Below, piece after piece: positions 53,601-64,000 of a DNA stretch of 64,000 bases (positions are counted from its first letter, which is position 1; each line of letters starts with the position of its first letter). The DNA is from Octopus bimaculoides (taxonomy: Eukaryota): NCBI RefSeq assembly GCF_001194135.2, contig NC_068981.1:143508621-143572620 (forward strand), read 5' to 3'. The position numbers and the translations under genes are program-made. The notes beneath the pieces are model-generated. The model was not told the origin of the DNA. It did no database searches and saw only the letters and a program-made list of their open reading frames with translations.

Positions 53601-54745
53601 TCAAAACTAAGTCATAATAGAAGTGTTGTTATTTCTGTGTTCATTTAGTAAGCAGCAAGGGATTATGAAAATAACATTGTATGTATGGAAATCATTTTGG
53701 CTCAATTTAAAATTGTTTAACTCTTAATCCCATGATACTTGCTTGGTTTATTCCCATATGCTGAATCAGTGTGTTCATTTTAGGTTTGCATTGTTCTATT
53801 ATATAATATTCCCTAGATAAGCAGAGATTTTATTTTTCTGTGTTTTTGTCGGGCGACGAGGAATTACGTATATAATAGAATAATTAGCAACCAATGATTT
53901 TTGTATCTCGGTTTAGTCTAGGCTGTCTATTGTAATGTACAATAACAGAATCTTGTTGAAAATGCATAGTTCTCTGACGAGAAATTATCTGATGATGATG
54001 AGGATGATGATGATGATGGTGGTGGTGGTGGTGGTGGTGGTGGTGATGTTGTTGTTGTTGGTGGTAATAATGATANNNNNNNNNNNNNNNNNNNNNNNNN
54101 NNNNNNNNNNNNNNNNNNNNNNNNNNNNNNNNNNNNNNNNNNNNNNNNNNNNNNNNNNNNNNNNNNNNNNNNNNNNNNNNNNNNNNNNNNNNNNNNNNNN
54201 NNNNNNNNNNNNNNNNNNNNNNNNNNNNNNNNNNNNNNNNNNNNNNNNNNNNNNNNNNNNNNNNNNNNNNNNNNNNNNNNNNNNNNNNNNNNNNNNNNNN
54301 NNNNNNNNNNNNNNNNNNNNNNNNNNNNNNNNNNNNNNNNNNNNNNNNNNNNNNNNNNNNNNNNNNNNNNNNNNNNNNNNNNNNNNNNNNNNNNNNNNNN
54401 NNNNNNNNNNNNNNNNNNNNNNNNNNNNNNNNNNNNNNNNNNNNNNNNNNNNNNNNNNNNNNNNNNNNNNNNNNNNNNNNNNNNNNNNNNNNNNNNNNNN
54501 NNNNNNNNNNNNNNNNNNNNNNNNNNNNNNNNNNNNNNNNNNNNNNNNNNNNNNNNNNNNNNNNNNNNNNNNNNNNNNNNNNNNNNNNNNNNNNNNNNNN
54601 NNNNNNNNNNNNNNNNNNNNNNNNNNNNNNNNNNNNNNNNNNNNNNNNNNNNNNNNNNNNNNNNNNNNNNNNNNNNNNNNNNNNNNNNNNNNNNNNNNNN
54701 NNNNNNNNNNNNNNNNNNNNNNNNNNNNNNNNNNNNNNNNNNNNN

Positions 54746-54866
54746 CTTCTTCTTCTTCTTCTTCTTCTTCTCTTTCTCCTCATCCTTCTTCTCTCTGTTC
54801 TTCTTCTTCTTCTTCTTCTTCTTCTTCTTCTTCTTCTTCTTCTTCTTCTTCTTCTTCTTCTTCTTC
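54746..54866. repeat. (CTT)n microsatellite. A (GAT/GGT/GTT) compound tract lies at 53990-54075
   Basis: Read directly. Confidence 0.96.
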
Positions 54867-55545
54867 TCATTTGTCTTATTTCATTTTTGTATTTTATCTT
54901 CCACCTTGATTATGTCTACAAATTCCATCTCCGGTTTCGCTTGAGCTGAGATAACGTTACTCCAACGCTATTACTGCCTTCGCTGTGATTATACGCAGGA
55001 GAAATGTAATGGACATTTGATAATTATACCATGGTTTGTCAAGATTTTAGGTCAAATTTAATCATAATAAATGTTAATGTCATGATGACACTTAGTACAG
55101 TAGCAGTCATTCTAACTAATTTAAGGAAATACGTAACGTAAGACATACATTTACCCTCTAGAATTAAATTAATTTTGTTTCATTATTTTCTCACACATTC
55201 ACATCTCACCCGAGACTTCAAAGCCTAACAATCCTGAATATTACATTTAATATTGGCAAATTCCCGTTCAACGCACAATTGTTCTACAGACTCTCCTAAG
55301 GTTACATTTTTAAAAATAAAACCATGGGTACCTTGCTTGTATTTACATGCACACTTATATGCATACATACACGTATGTGTTTTTAACTGAAGACTACATA
55401 CATACACACACACACACTCACTCACATACACACATATACTTTATATACATACAAGCATTCATTTATACATACATAACATAACATACACACAAATATAGAT
55501 ATATATTCATACATACGCACGTAATATATATGAATCTATAGTTGT

Positions 55546-55713
55546 AGGTGCAGATATGGCTGCGTGGTGAGAAGCTTGTTTTCCAATCACATGGTACCGG
55601 GTTCAATCGCTCCACATGGCATATTTGCTAAGTGCCTTCTATTATAGCCTTCTATTATAGCCAAAGATTTATGAGTGGATTTGGTCAACGGAGATTAATA
55701 GAAATCCGTCGTT

Positions 55714-55715
<2 letters not shown>
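55546..55715 (+). mobile_element. SINE family A, 5' half
   Basis: GGTGCAGATATGGCTGCGTGGTGAGAAGC head, GGTACCGGGTTCAATC B-box; ends at (TA)n. Confidence 0.8.
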
Positions 55716-55773
<58 letters not shown>

Positions 55774-55859
55774 CATCGTAGCAGTAATAAATTAGATCAA
55801 ATACTACACTGCTGTAGCCCCTGTTAGATAGATTCCCCCACCAGCCTCCCGAAGTAACG

Positions 55860-56225
55860 TAGACACCAACATGCAGTCCCTCTAACCAACATCTGGAGAA
55901 ACTATTTAAAAACAGTAAGCCCAGCAAATCACCAGTGGTGTCCCTCACGGGACTGTCTTGTGTCTGCTTCTGTTTATAGTCTATATGAACGACATTTCAA
56001 GTGTCATAAAACATAGCGAAGTGAAAGTTTTCGCCGACGACTCTATGCTGCAGAAAATTATCAATGGAGAAGACCGAACTGAGCTCCAGCCTGATCTACA
56101 TGCTGTAAGTCAATGGTCAGACAAATACAAAATGCAGCTAAACGACGAAAAATTATGACTGATGTGAAAAAAACCATGTTCTCTTCTTTCAGGGGAATCA
56201 CTCACAGCGTCTAATAGTATCAGAC
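55860..56225 (+). mobile_element. CR1-like LINE reverse transcriptase fragment
   Basis: TSGVPHGTVL..LLFIVYMNDI..VKVFADDSML..LQPDLHAVSQWSDKYKMQLN (ORF 55958-56158) with the FADD motif. Confidence 0.85.
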
Positions 56226-56371
56226 ACCCTAGACTACAAACCCCATCATTCTTATGAGTGGGCTTTTCTTATGTTTAGTGGAAGACCAACAGAATTCTTT
56301 AACACCAAAGATGAACTGTAGGAAAGGATTATGGCAGCATTCACCAACACAAGCAAAGAGACCGTCCAGAA
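56225..56371 (+). mobile_element. Tc1/mariner transposase C-terminal fragment
   Basis: SPD-like remnant PDYKP..YEW, then NTKDEL*ERIMAAFTNTSKETVQK. Confidence 0.6.
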
Positions 56372-56552
56372 ATAGGTGTTTGTTTCTGTATCTCCCCGTA
56401 ACTTAGCGGTTCGGCAAAAGGATCCAATTTCTTAAACTCTGGCTTTATAAAAATAAGTACTGTGACAGATTTATTCGACTAAAACATTTAAAATCGGTGA
56501 CCCTGCATGGTCGAATTCCAGTGACTGATGCAAGTAAGAAAGAATGAAAAAA
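56372..56552 (+). mobile_element. SINE family A, 3' half
   Basis: CCCCGTAACTTAGCGGTTCGGCAAAAG..GACTAAAAC..GCATGGTCG..GACTGATGCAAGTAAGAAAGAATG. Confidence 0.8.
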
Positions 56553-56966
56553 GTTGTACACGTCACGTACGTAGATACTTAAGCATATATGTGTGTATAT
56601 ATGTCTGTGTGTCTATCTGTCTGTGTATGTGTGGTTGTGCATGTGTATGAGTGTGTGCTTTTGTGTATACATTTTCTCTCGCACACATAGATACATACAC
56701 ACGCATACATATAATTCGATGCGTTTTAAATTACTTGAATTCTATGTTTTCTTGATCAGCGTTCGATTGTGTACGGATAACACCTCAGACTAAATCTCAA
56801 AATGCTGATTCTTCGTGACGCAATCCCTATATCTGGTTTCATTTCCTCTTCTCTCTTCACCATTCTCTTTTCGCCTTGACATATATAATACATATATACA
56901 TGTGCGTTTGAGTGAAGGGAGTACGGCTATGTCTATATTTGTGCCTAAGTGCGGTCGTGTGTATAT

Positions 56967-57117
56967 TCTTTTACTTGTTTCAGTCATTTGACTACAGCCA
57001 TGCTGGAGCACCACCTCTGGTTGAGCAAATCAACCCCAGGAATTATTCTTTGTAAGCCCGGTACTTATTCAATCGATGTTGGGGTGGGGGGATAAACACA
57101 TCACACACGCATACATT

Positions 57118-57148
<31 letters not shown>

Positions 57149-57344
57149 GTATATATGTATATATGTATATGTATATATACGAGGGGCTTCTTTCAGTTTC
57201 CATCTACCAAGTCTTCTCAAAAGGCTTTGGTCAACCCGAGGCTATATTAGAAGAGATTGGGTCCAAAGTGCCCGACAGTAAGACTGAACCCGGAACCATG
57301 TGGTTGGTAAGCAAGCTACCAACCACATAGCCACTCCTGCGCCT
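56967..57344 (-). mobile_element. SINE family A, with internal deletion
   Basis: TTTACTTGTTTCAGTCATTTGACTACAGCCATGCTGGAGCACC tail; CCACATAGCCACTCCTGCGCC head. Confidence 0.9.
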
Positions 57345-57834
57345 GTGTACTTTTAATTCACATATTTGTTTATTTTCAGTGATAGGTGTTGTTTCATTGC
57401 AGATTCTCATACTTCAATTGTAGAAACTATTGTTCTGTATAGTTCTAAGTCGTAACTTCATTTTAGGACGGGTATGTATATCACACACAGCTTTTACCAT
57501 TGTATTGCTTAGAAATATTAATACATATGCATGAGATCATTCATGGCATTATATTGGTTGACCTTTAAGTTGGTTCTTCAATATCAAGAGCTATCAAACA
57601 CAGATTAAACAAATTTCACTCTAAATTAACATTAAGTAATAAATTCTTCGCTCCATTAAGAGAAAGCCATGGTTTCCTGTGTTTTTAGAAATCCGTTTTT
57701 ATTTCCTCTTCGTAAATGAGTGATCAGAAATGGTATGATGAATGTCTGTTGTACACATGTGTATATATATGTAAGTATGTTCATAAAAGATAGTGAGCAG
57801 GAAGATGGAGAGGAAGAGAAGAATAAGAAGACAA

Positions 57835-58079
57835 AACAAGGAGGAGGAGGAGGAGGATGAGGAGGAGGTGGGCGAGGAGGGGGGAAGGGGGAGGGCGAGT
57901 GGAGAAGAAGAAAAAGAAGCAGAGGAAGGGGAAGAACATGAGGAAGAAGAAACCGATGAAGAAAATGAAGATGAAGGAGGAGGAAGAAGAAGAAGAAGAA
58001 GAAGAAGAAGAAGAAGAAGAAGAAGAAGAAGAAGAAGAAGAAGAAGAAGAAGAAGAAGAAGAAGAAGAAGAAGAAGAAG
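57835..58079. repeat. (GAG/GAA)n purine tract, with about 32 pure GAA units at 57983-58079
   Basis: Read directly; accounts for the poly-R/E/L ORFs. Confidence 0.96.
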
Positions 58080-58249
58080 ACCTCTCACTTTAAATTACAT
58101 GAATGATAGTGAGACGACATGAAGACATTAACTTTTTCATGTCAGTTTTATGCCGACTAAGCGAATATCTTTCAGGTTTCACTGATCTGAGACAGTTATG
58201 ACATGTTCCTTCTCATCTTTCACCCTCTCACAACCCATTCACCGCTACA

Positions 58250-59420
58250 TCGCATGCATAATTACCATTAGTAAATGAAAATGCGAATTCTTACATTGCA
58301 CAGTCAACCAAATTGCAGCAAAGTTTTCAAGTCCCATGTCTAGAATATCGGCATCGACTTTAGAAGATCTCCCCGCAAACTTCTTGTTAGTCAGCAACAC
58401 TAACACTGAAAAATTTTCACATTTGATATTTCTTCATGAATTCCCACAACAAAATTACCCCCAAATTCTCGTCTTCCATAGGCTTCACTGGTAACACATG
58501 TATAAAGCACTTCGAAACGTGGCACATTGTACATGGTCATTTGATCTGCTCGAAATAGCAATCAAAATCTATTCAAATCGCATCAACTTTAGAAAACATC
58601 TTAAAAAGGGGAATGATACTTACATAATGTATTCTTAATTAGGCAGAGAAAGAAAGTGTTAGACTGGAGTTAAAGTGCAATATTTTCATTAGAAACCAGC
58701 ATATGACCCGTCTCTACGCTGCCGCTATCTGTTTCTGTCTATGTCTCCCTCAATCTATCTCTCTAATTCTCTGTATATATCCCAGTCTGTTTATGACACT
58801 TCAAAATTGACCAGATTCCCAAGACAGGATTTTATTTCTAGGAACTCCTGATCAATAACTCTCATTTTTAATATCTCAAGAATATTGAGTAAAGTGGAAT
58901 GTTTCTATTTTGACGTTGATCCTTATTTCAGAATTTGAAGAGCCTTATCTACCAAAAATATGTTCTTACATGTCAGTCATCAATTGTTCCCTCACCTCTG
59001 AGAACATCAGCAAAATAATATACTTAACGCTGTCTAGTTTAGAAATATCCTAGCTAGGTTTCCAAGCAATAGCCTCCATCTGTTTTAAAAAAATTTCGGT
59101 TATAGGATCCGAATGTTCTTGTCTGGGAGACTCCACATTTACAGCGTGTGCAAGTGTCTCCATGTCTAACATGTTCTATGCTCATCTATTCTATTTTTTT
59201 TTCTCGTGACCTCGCATGAATAACTTTACCCATTCGTCCTAAACAGCTACTTTCAAACAATATTGAGTCTACTTCACGATTCGACTCAGATCACCCAACT
59301 CACTTCAGCGGTGCAGTCACCGATATATGGTGTTCTTCCATTGACCTACAGATGCTCCGGCTGAAAAACAAACACATCAATCTCAAGATTCTGGTGAGAT
59401 CTCGGTTCATGTAAAGGCCA
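58250..59420 (-). mobile_element. Decayed RTE-like LINE, RT to 3' end
   Basis: Minus strand in order: RILRLMCLFFSRS (cf. LRKNQNGFRRGRS), GVSQ, YYFADV, ..RREFGG, GRSSKV..DMGL. Confidence 0.5.
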
Positions 59421-59944
59421 TGCACTTTTTTTCTTTTTCTTCCTTCTCCTCCGCTAAAATAAGAAGAAAAAAAAGGAAAAAGTAGTAGTACCAGTGGGTG
59501 TGATGATAGGGGTGGTGTTGGCGGCCATGGTGTTGATGTTGATGTTAGCGGTGGGGGTGGAAGTGCACTTTCAGGTTGAACTGCTCAAATTTCAGTTGCG
59601 TTCGAAGAACTATGAATGTATAACCTCTTGTCATGAGAAGATAGATTTATTTACTTCTACTAGTTGGAACGTATCCAGTCTTTGCAGTATTCAACATATA
59701 TTTTGACCTGGTAATCATTCAAACCTTCATAATCAGCAAATTTATCATTCTATCTTTTCCACTTCTGTAATACAATGCAAATGCATTTCGTTTTCTTTTT
59801 CTTTTCATGTTTCAAATTGAAATATTATTGATGACTCTAAAGTAGTTGTAAATTATGCTAATTAATTAACAGTGATATTATGTGTTACATTATATTTAAC
59901 ACACTCTTTTTGTTGTGTTAGCTTGCATTTAGATTCCATGAAAA

Positions 59945-60080
59945 CCGGCCAGTTGGCAAAACAGTTTCATTGTCGGATAGATTTCACTACAGAAATTATT
60001 CGGGGTTTCTGCCCTCTAAACTTTAAATGCTATCTTTCGTTCTTCCGGGTTTAATAAATTAAGTACCAGTTCTATATAGA
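59945..60080 (+). mobile_element. Degraded SINE family B
   Basis: GGCCAGTTGGCAAAAC head remnant; CTTCCGGGTTTAATAAATTAAGTACCAGTT. Confidence 0.55.
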
Positions 60081-60094
60081 GGACGTATTTCTTT

Positions 60095-60126
60095 TCTTCT
60101 CTCTCTCTCTCACTCTCTCTCACTCT

Positions 60127-60208
<82 letters not shown>

Positions 60209-60220
60209 TTACCTCTCTCT
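60095..60220. repeat. (CT)n microsatellite
   Basis: Read directly. Confidence 0.96.
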
Positions 60221-60370
60221 CACATTGATTGAAGAAGAAATCACTGGGGTTCAGACATGGATAGGGATGGGCTGCACCAAAATGAAAAGTGTCCAAAACA
60301 CCCTAGAGGTACCTCCATCAACAGTTTGAGGGCGCAGGTCAATGCTACGTTTCTTATTCTGCTATATTAA

Positions 60371-60691
60371 CTATAAACAATACGATAAACGTCGCCCTTT
60401 CAAAGCCTAGCCAGGCTCATGGGCCCGGTTTCCCGGTTTCTATGGCGTATGTGTTTCCCCCAGCTGGACAGGACGCCAGTCCATCGCAGCATTACTCAAG
60501 AAACAGGAAGAAAGAGTGAGAGAAAGTTGGGATCAAAGAGTACAACAGGGGTCACCACCACCCCCTACCGGATCCTCGTGGACCTTAGGTACTTTCGCTC
60601 AATAAACAACTCACAACGCCCGGTCTGGGAATCGAAGCCACGATCCTCCGACCGCGAGTCCGCTGCCCTAACTACTGGGCCATTGCGCCTC
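60371..60691 (-). mobile_element. Young GC-rich tRNA-derived SINE, family D, with TSD
   Basis: Reverse complement GGAGGCGCAATGGCCCAGTAGTTAGGGCAGCGGACTCGCGGTCGGAGGATCGTGGCTTCGATTCCC head; central CTGCGATGGACTGGCGTCCTGTCCAG; direct repeat CTATATTAA at 60362-60370 and 60692-60700. Confidence 0.88.
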
Positions 60692-61119
60692 CTATATTAA
60701 GTATGTAGCACCTAATTTGTCAGCTGAAATATATTAGTGCATGCACATTCTTCTCCTTCTTTGTCTTGCTGTAAAATGCCGAGGATCGAGTAGAAGGTAA
60801 TACGTAACACCGACAAGCTCAATAATAATGACAATCCTTTTGTCTGAAACATGTCTGTATAATATAAGCATACAATACCAATTACGTTTTCTGGGTTTAT
60901 TGTTTTTTATAATGTGGCCCTGATTATGAATTCTAGCCTATCCTTAGATTTTAGGATTACTGTTAAACAGCGTCGAGTATAGGAATGAACTACGGAACTA
61001 TCTAGCGATCCCAAAATATTTCATACATACATGGGCATAGGCGCGCACACACAGTCACATATGCGCACACATAAAAGAAATACATCTTACCGTTAACATG
61101 TCACATACACATATCAACA

Positions 61120-61540
61120 TATCTTGTATTTCAAATGAAATAAAAGAAAGAAGTCCTTGTGGAGTTGTTACAGACATCCGGGGAGATGTTACGCCTGTAT
61201 TCCTGCCGTCACAATCAAATTCAGTTTGTGACACTCACATATTACACATTAAACAGATCAAAATATTGGCTTCAAAGGCCCACAGCTACTTAATATCTTT
61301 CCAAAACATCTGACAGATCTACATGGAGAAGCGGTAGATGTTTTCTAAAAGCAACTTGACTTCCTGCTGTCCAAGGTTTCGCGTCAGCCTACATCACGTC
61401 AAGAAACACAAGAAAGGACAACAGTATCAAATTCCTTCTTCCACCAAAAGCCAGTCAAAAAGAAGGGCCATTCAGAGAGTTCGTAATGGCAGCGGTGCCC
61501 CAGTATGACTGCGATTTGGGGGTTGAAACGCATAGAAGAA
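61120..61540 (+). mobile_element. CR1-like LINE 3' end with 3' UTR
   Basis: GFKGPQLLNIFPKHLTDLHGEAVDVF*KQLDFLLSKVSRQPTSRQETQ..SNS, then tail GCGGTGCCCCAGTATGACTGC..TGAAAC..AGAAGAATA. Confidence 0.7.
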
Positions 61541-61564
61541 TATGTATGTATGTATGTATGTATG

Positions 61565-62035
61565 TTATCAATCAGTTTCATTTCTGTATTTCTTGTCAAT
61601 AGAGAAAGAGCCGGACTCTAACATAGATTCAAGGCTCCTTCATTGGAACTTTTATCAACATCATCTAGGTATTTGTGCATATGTGTGTGTGTGCAGTATT
61701 TGGTGTTAGTGTATGCGCAGATTTGTATGTTTGTTTTATGGATGCGTTTTATGTATATATCTTCATGTCTAGATGCATGCATATGTATTTATGTGCTAAA
61801 TTTTTGGAAAGTTTTACATATCTTGACAGCTCCATTGATGGCTTGAATCTGTAGTCTTCTAATCAGCCTTTTTCTTTCAGGTTTTGAGAACCCTAATTTT
61901 TCCAGGTTTTTGTTGAGGCATTTCGTTATATATCCCAATGCCCCAACAATCACGGGTGTGAATCAGAACTTGTATTCTGGGTGGAGTATCTGCAAATTTC
62001 TCAGTAGCTCGGCGTAGTTGCTCTCTTTTTCTCAA
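61565..62035 (-). mobile_element. 5'-truncated RLE-type non-LTR retrotransposon between two (TATG)n tracts
   Basis: NYAELLRNLQILHPEYKF*FTPVIVGALGYITKCLNKNLEKLGFSKPERKRLIRRLQIQAINGAVKICKTFQKFST*, then the family 3' UTR; (TATG)n at 61541-61564 and 62036-62064. Confidence 0.85.
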
Positions 62036-62064
62036 TGTATGTATGTATGTATGTATGTATGTAT

Positions 62065-62315
62065 AAACTGGCAGTTCGTCAGTTACGACAATGAGTCTTC
62101 CAGTTGATCCAAACAACGGAAAACTCTGCTTGTGAATTTAACGTGCAAATGCCTCAGCACTCCACAAACATGCATAACCTTAAAATAGTTCTCACAGAGA
62201 TTTAGCGTGTCACAGAGTGTGATTAAGCTGGCACTTTGAATTACAGATACAACTCATTTTTGCCAGTAGAGTGCACTGTAGCAGCGGGAAAGAAAGTGTC
62301 TTGCTCAAGGACACA
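62065..62315 (-). mobile_element. SINE family C, 5'-truncated
   Basis: Reverse complement matches 47183-47470 (TGTGTCCTTGAGCAAGACACTT core to CAACTGGAAGACTC..GTCGTAACTGACGAACTGCC tail). Confidence 0.8.
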
Positions 62316-62336
62316 TACATAAATACATGCATGCAT

Positions 62337-62645
62337 AGGCGTTGTTGTGTGGTAAGAAGCTTGCTTCCCAACCACATGATTCCGGGTTAAGTCCTACTGC
62401 GTAGTACCTTGGGGAAGTGTCTTATCCTATAACCTCGGGCCGACCAATGCTTAATGAGAGGATTTGGTAGACGGAAACTGAGAAGATGCCTTCCGTCCCC
62501 GTAACTTAACGGTACGGCAAAAAGACCGATAGAATAAGTACCGGGCTTACAAAAAATAAGTACTGGGGTCGATTTATTCGATATAAAGGCGGTTCTACAG
62601 CATGGCCGCAGTCATATGACTGAAACAAATAAAAGAATGAAAGAA
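62337..62645 (+). mobile_element. SINE family A, with internal deletion
   Basis: GGCGTTGTTGTGTGGTAAGAAGC head, CCTTGGGGAAGTG core, GCATGGCCGCAGTCATATGACTGAAAC tail. Confidence 0.9.
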
Positions 62646-62837
62646 TATATATATATATACACATATATACACACGCACGCACGCGCACACACATACACAC
62701 ACACATACACAAGTATATATAGTGAAGATGCATGGTTTAGTTATTAGGATATCGTGAGCCGAATATCCTAATCATACACATATACGCCTTCACTGTATAT
62801 GTGTATGTATGTGCGCATGTATTTGCATATGTGTTTG

Positions 62838-62889
<52 letters not shown>

Positions 62890-63085
62890 GATATATATTT
62901 AAATATAGATATATTTGCATATATATATATATATTTACACACACACATATGTATNNNNNNNNNNNNNNNNNNNNNNNNNNNNNNNNNNNNNNNNNNNNNN
63001 NNNNNNNNNNNNNNNNNNNNNNNNNNNNNNNNNNNNNNNNNNNNNNNNNNNNNNNNNNNNNNNNNNNNNNNNNNNNNNNNNNNNN

Positions 63086-63158
<73 letters not shown>

Positions 63159-63160
63159 TA

Positions 63161-63382
63161 GGTGATTAAATTAAAAATAAGCAACAAGGATATCCAAATT
63201 TAATGCAGTACGATCGTTTCATGCGACTCCATTTAATTAAGCAATGTGAACATTACATCAAATATAAAATGCATTTTATATTTGATGTAATGTTCACATT
63301 GCTTAATTAAATGGAGACGCATGAAACGATCGTACTGCATTAAATTTGGATATTCTTGTTGCTTATTTTGACTTTAATCACC
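63161..63382. repeat. 222-bp spacer-less palindrome
   Basis: Arms 63161-63271 and 63272-63382 pair with 4 mismatches in 111; centre ATAAAATG|CATTTTAT. Confidence 0.97.
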
Positions 63383-63514
63383 TTATTTTGAAACTGTATG
63401 GATAATACCATACTTAATTCTGGTGCCTAAACTGAAGTACCATATTCACCTGAATATATATATATATATACACACACATAGGTACTTACACACATACTAG
63501 TATGTAAGTATTTA

Positions 63515-63640
63515 TGTATGTCATTATTCAGTTTATTTCAAGATTTCTTGTCAATAGATAGAGTCGGTTTCTAAGTTAGATCCAAGGCTCCTTCATTGGA
63601 ATTTTAGCATCCACCACACGGTATGTATGTCTGTATGTAT
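63515..63640 (-). mobile_element. Solo 3' UTR of the RLE-LINE family
   Basis: Reverse complement GGAGCCTTGGATCTAACTTAGAAACCGACTCTATCTATTGACAAGAAATCTTGAAATAAACTGAATAATGACATACATA; TATG repeats on both sides. Confidence 0.8.
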
Positions 63641-63889
63641 GAATTATGTATGTGTTGATGGATGGATGGTTGTATGCGTATCTTCTTGGCCAGGGGATTC
63701 AAAGAACGCCATTGCCTACCCGGATGGTGTCACATGAGAGCTTGGTTCTTTTCTATAAAGTCTACTCTTCCTGTAGCAAGCGTCTCTGTCTCTTCACTTG
63801 TTTCAGGTTATTTTTCCTGTTGTCCTACCAGTCCAGAAATCCCTGAAAATATTCATAGCGGTTGTACTTCCTCGTAAGAGATAAAACAA

Positions 63890-63964
63890 TTTGTGTGTGT
63901 GTGTGTGTGTGTGCGTGTGTGTGCGCGCGTGTGTGTGTGTGTGTGTCTGTATGTGTGTGTATGT

Positions 63965-64000
<36 letters not shown>
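63890..64000. repeat. (GT)n microsatellite
   Basis: Read directly. Confidence 0.97.

Noticed and set aside
57699-58122. Poly-Arg / poly-Glu / poly-Leu ORFs
   Set aside because: They are translations of a (GAA/GAG)n microsatellite, with no splice or domain support
60620-60692. tRNA-like sequence on the minus strand; likewise the other SINE heads
   Set aside because: It lacks a proper acceptor stem and continues into a SINE body bounded by a TSD, so it is not a tRNA gene

Overview
AT-rich, microsatellite-dense eukaryotic scaffold with 13 N-gaps, each next to a simple repeat. The repeat content points to a cephalopod, probably Octopus (inference from SINE and LINE sequences, not verified by search). 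I can support no intact protein-coding gene. Almost all ORF-track entries come from microsatellites or N-runs, and the few with real protein signal are decayed transposon ORFs. The window holds (i) about 20 tRNA-derived SINE copies from about 4 families (A-D are my own labels); (ii) LINE relics: RTE, CR1-like, and an RLE (restriction-like endonuclease) family whose copies sit in (CATA)n tracts; (iii) Penelope-like elements (PLEs), including terminal repeats with a minimal type I hammerhead ribozyme motif, in inverted orientation across a gap; (iv) DNA transposon relics and MITEs (Chapaev3/CMC, mariner/Tc1, hAT); (v) several inverted repeats, including a spacer-less 222-bp palindrome. I found no clearly new biological system. 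The best leads are the (CATA)n-associated RLE retrotransposon, the hammerhead-bearing PLE repeats and the palindrome. Protein-family calls come from hand translation and remembered motifs, not database searches.
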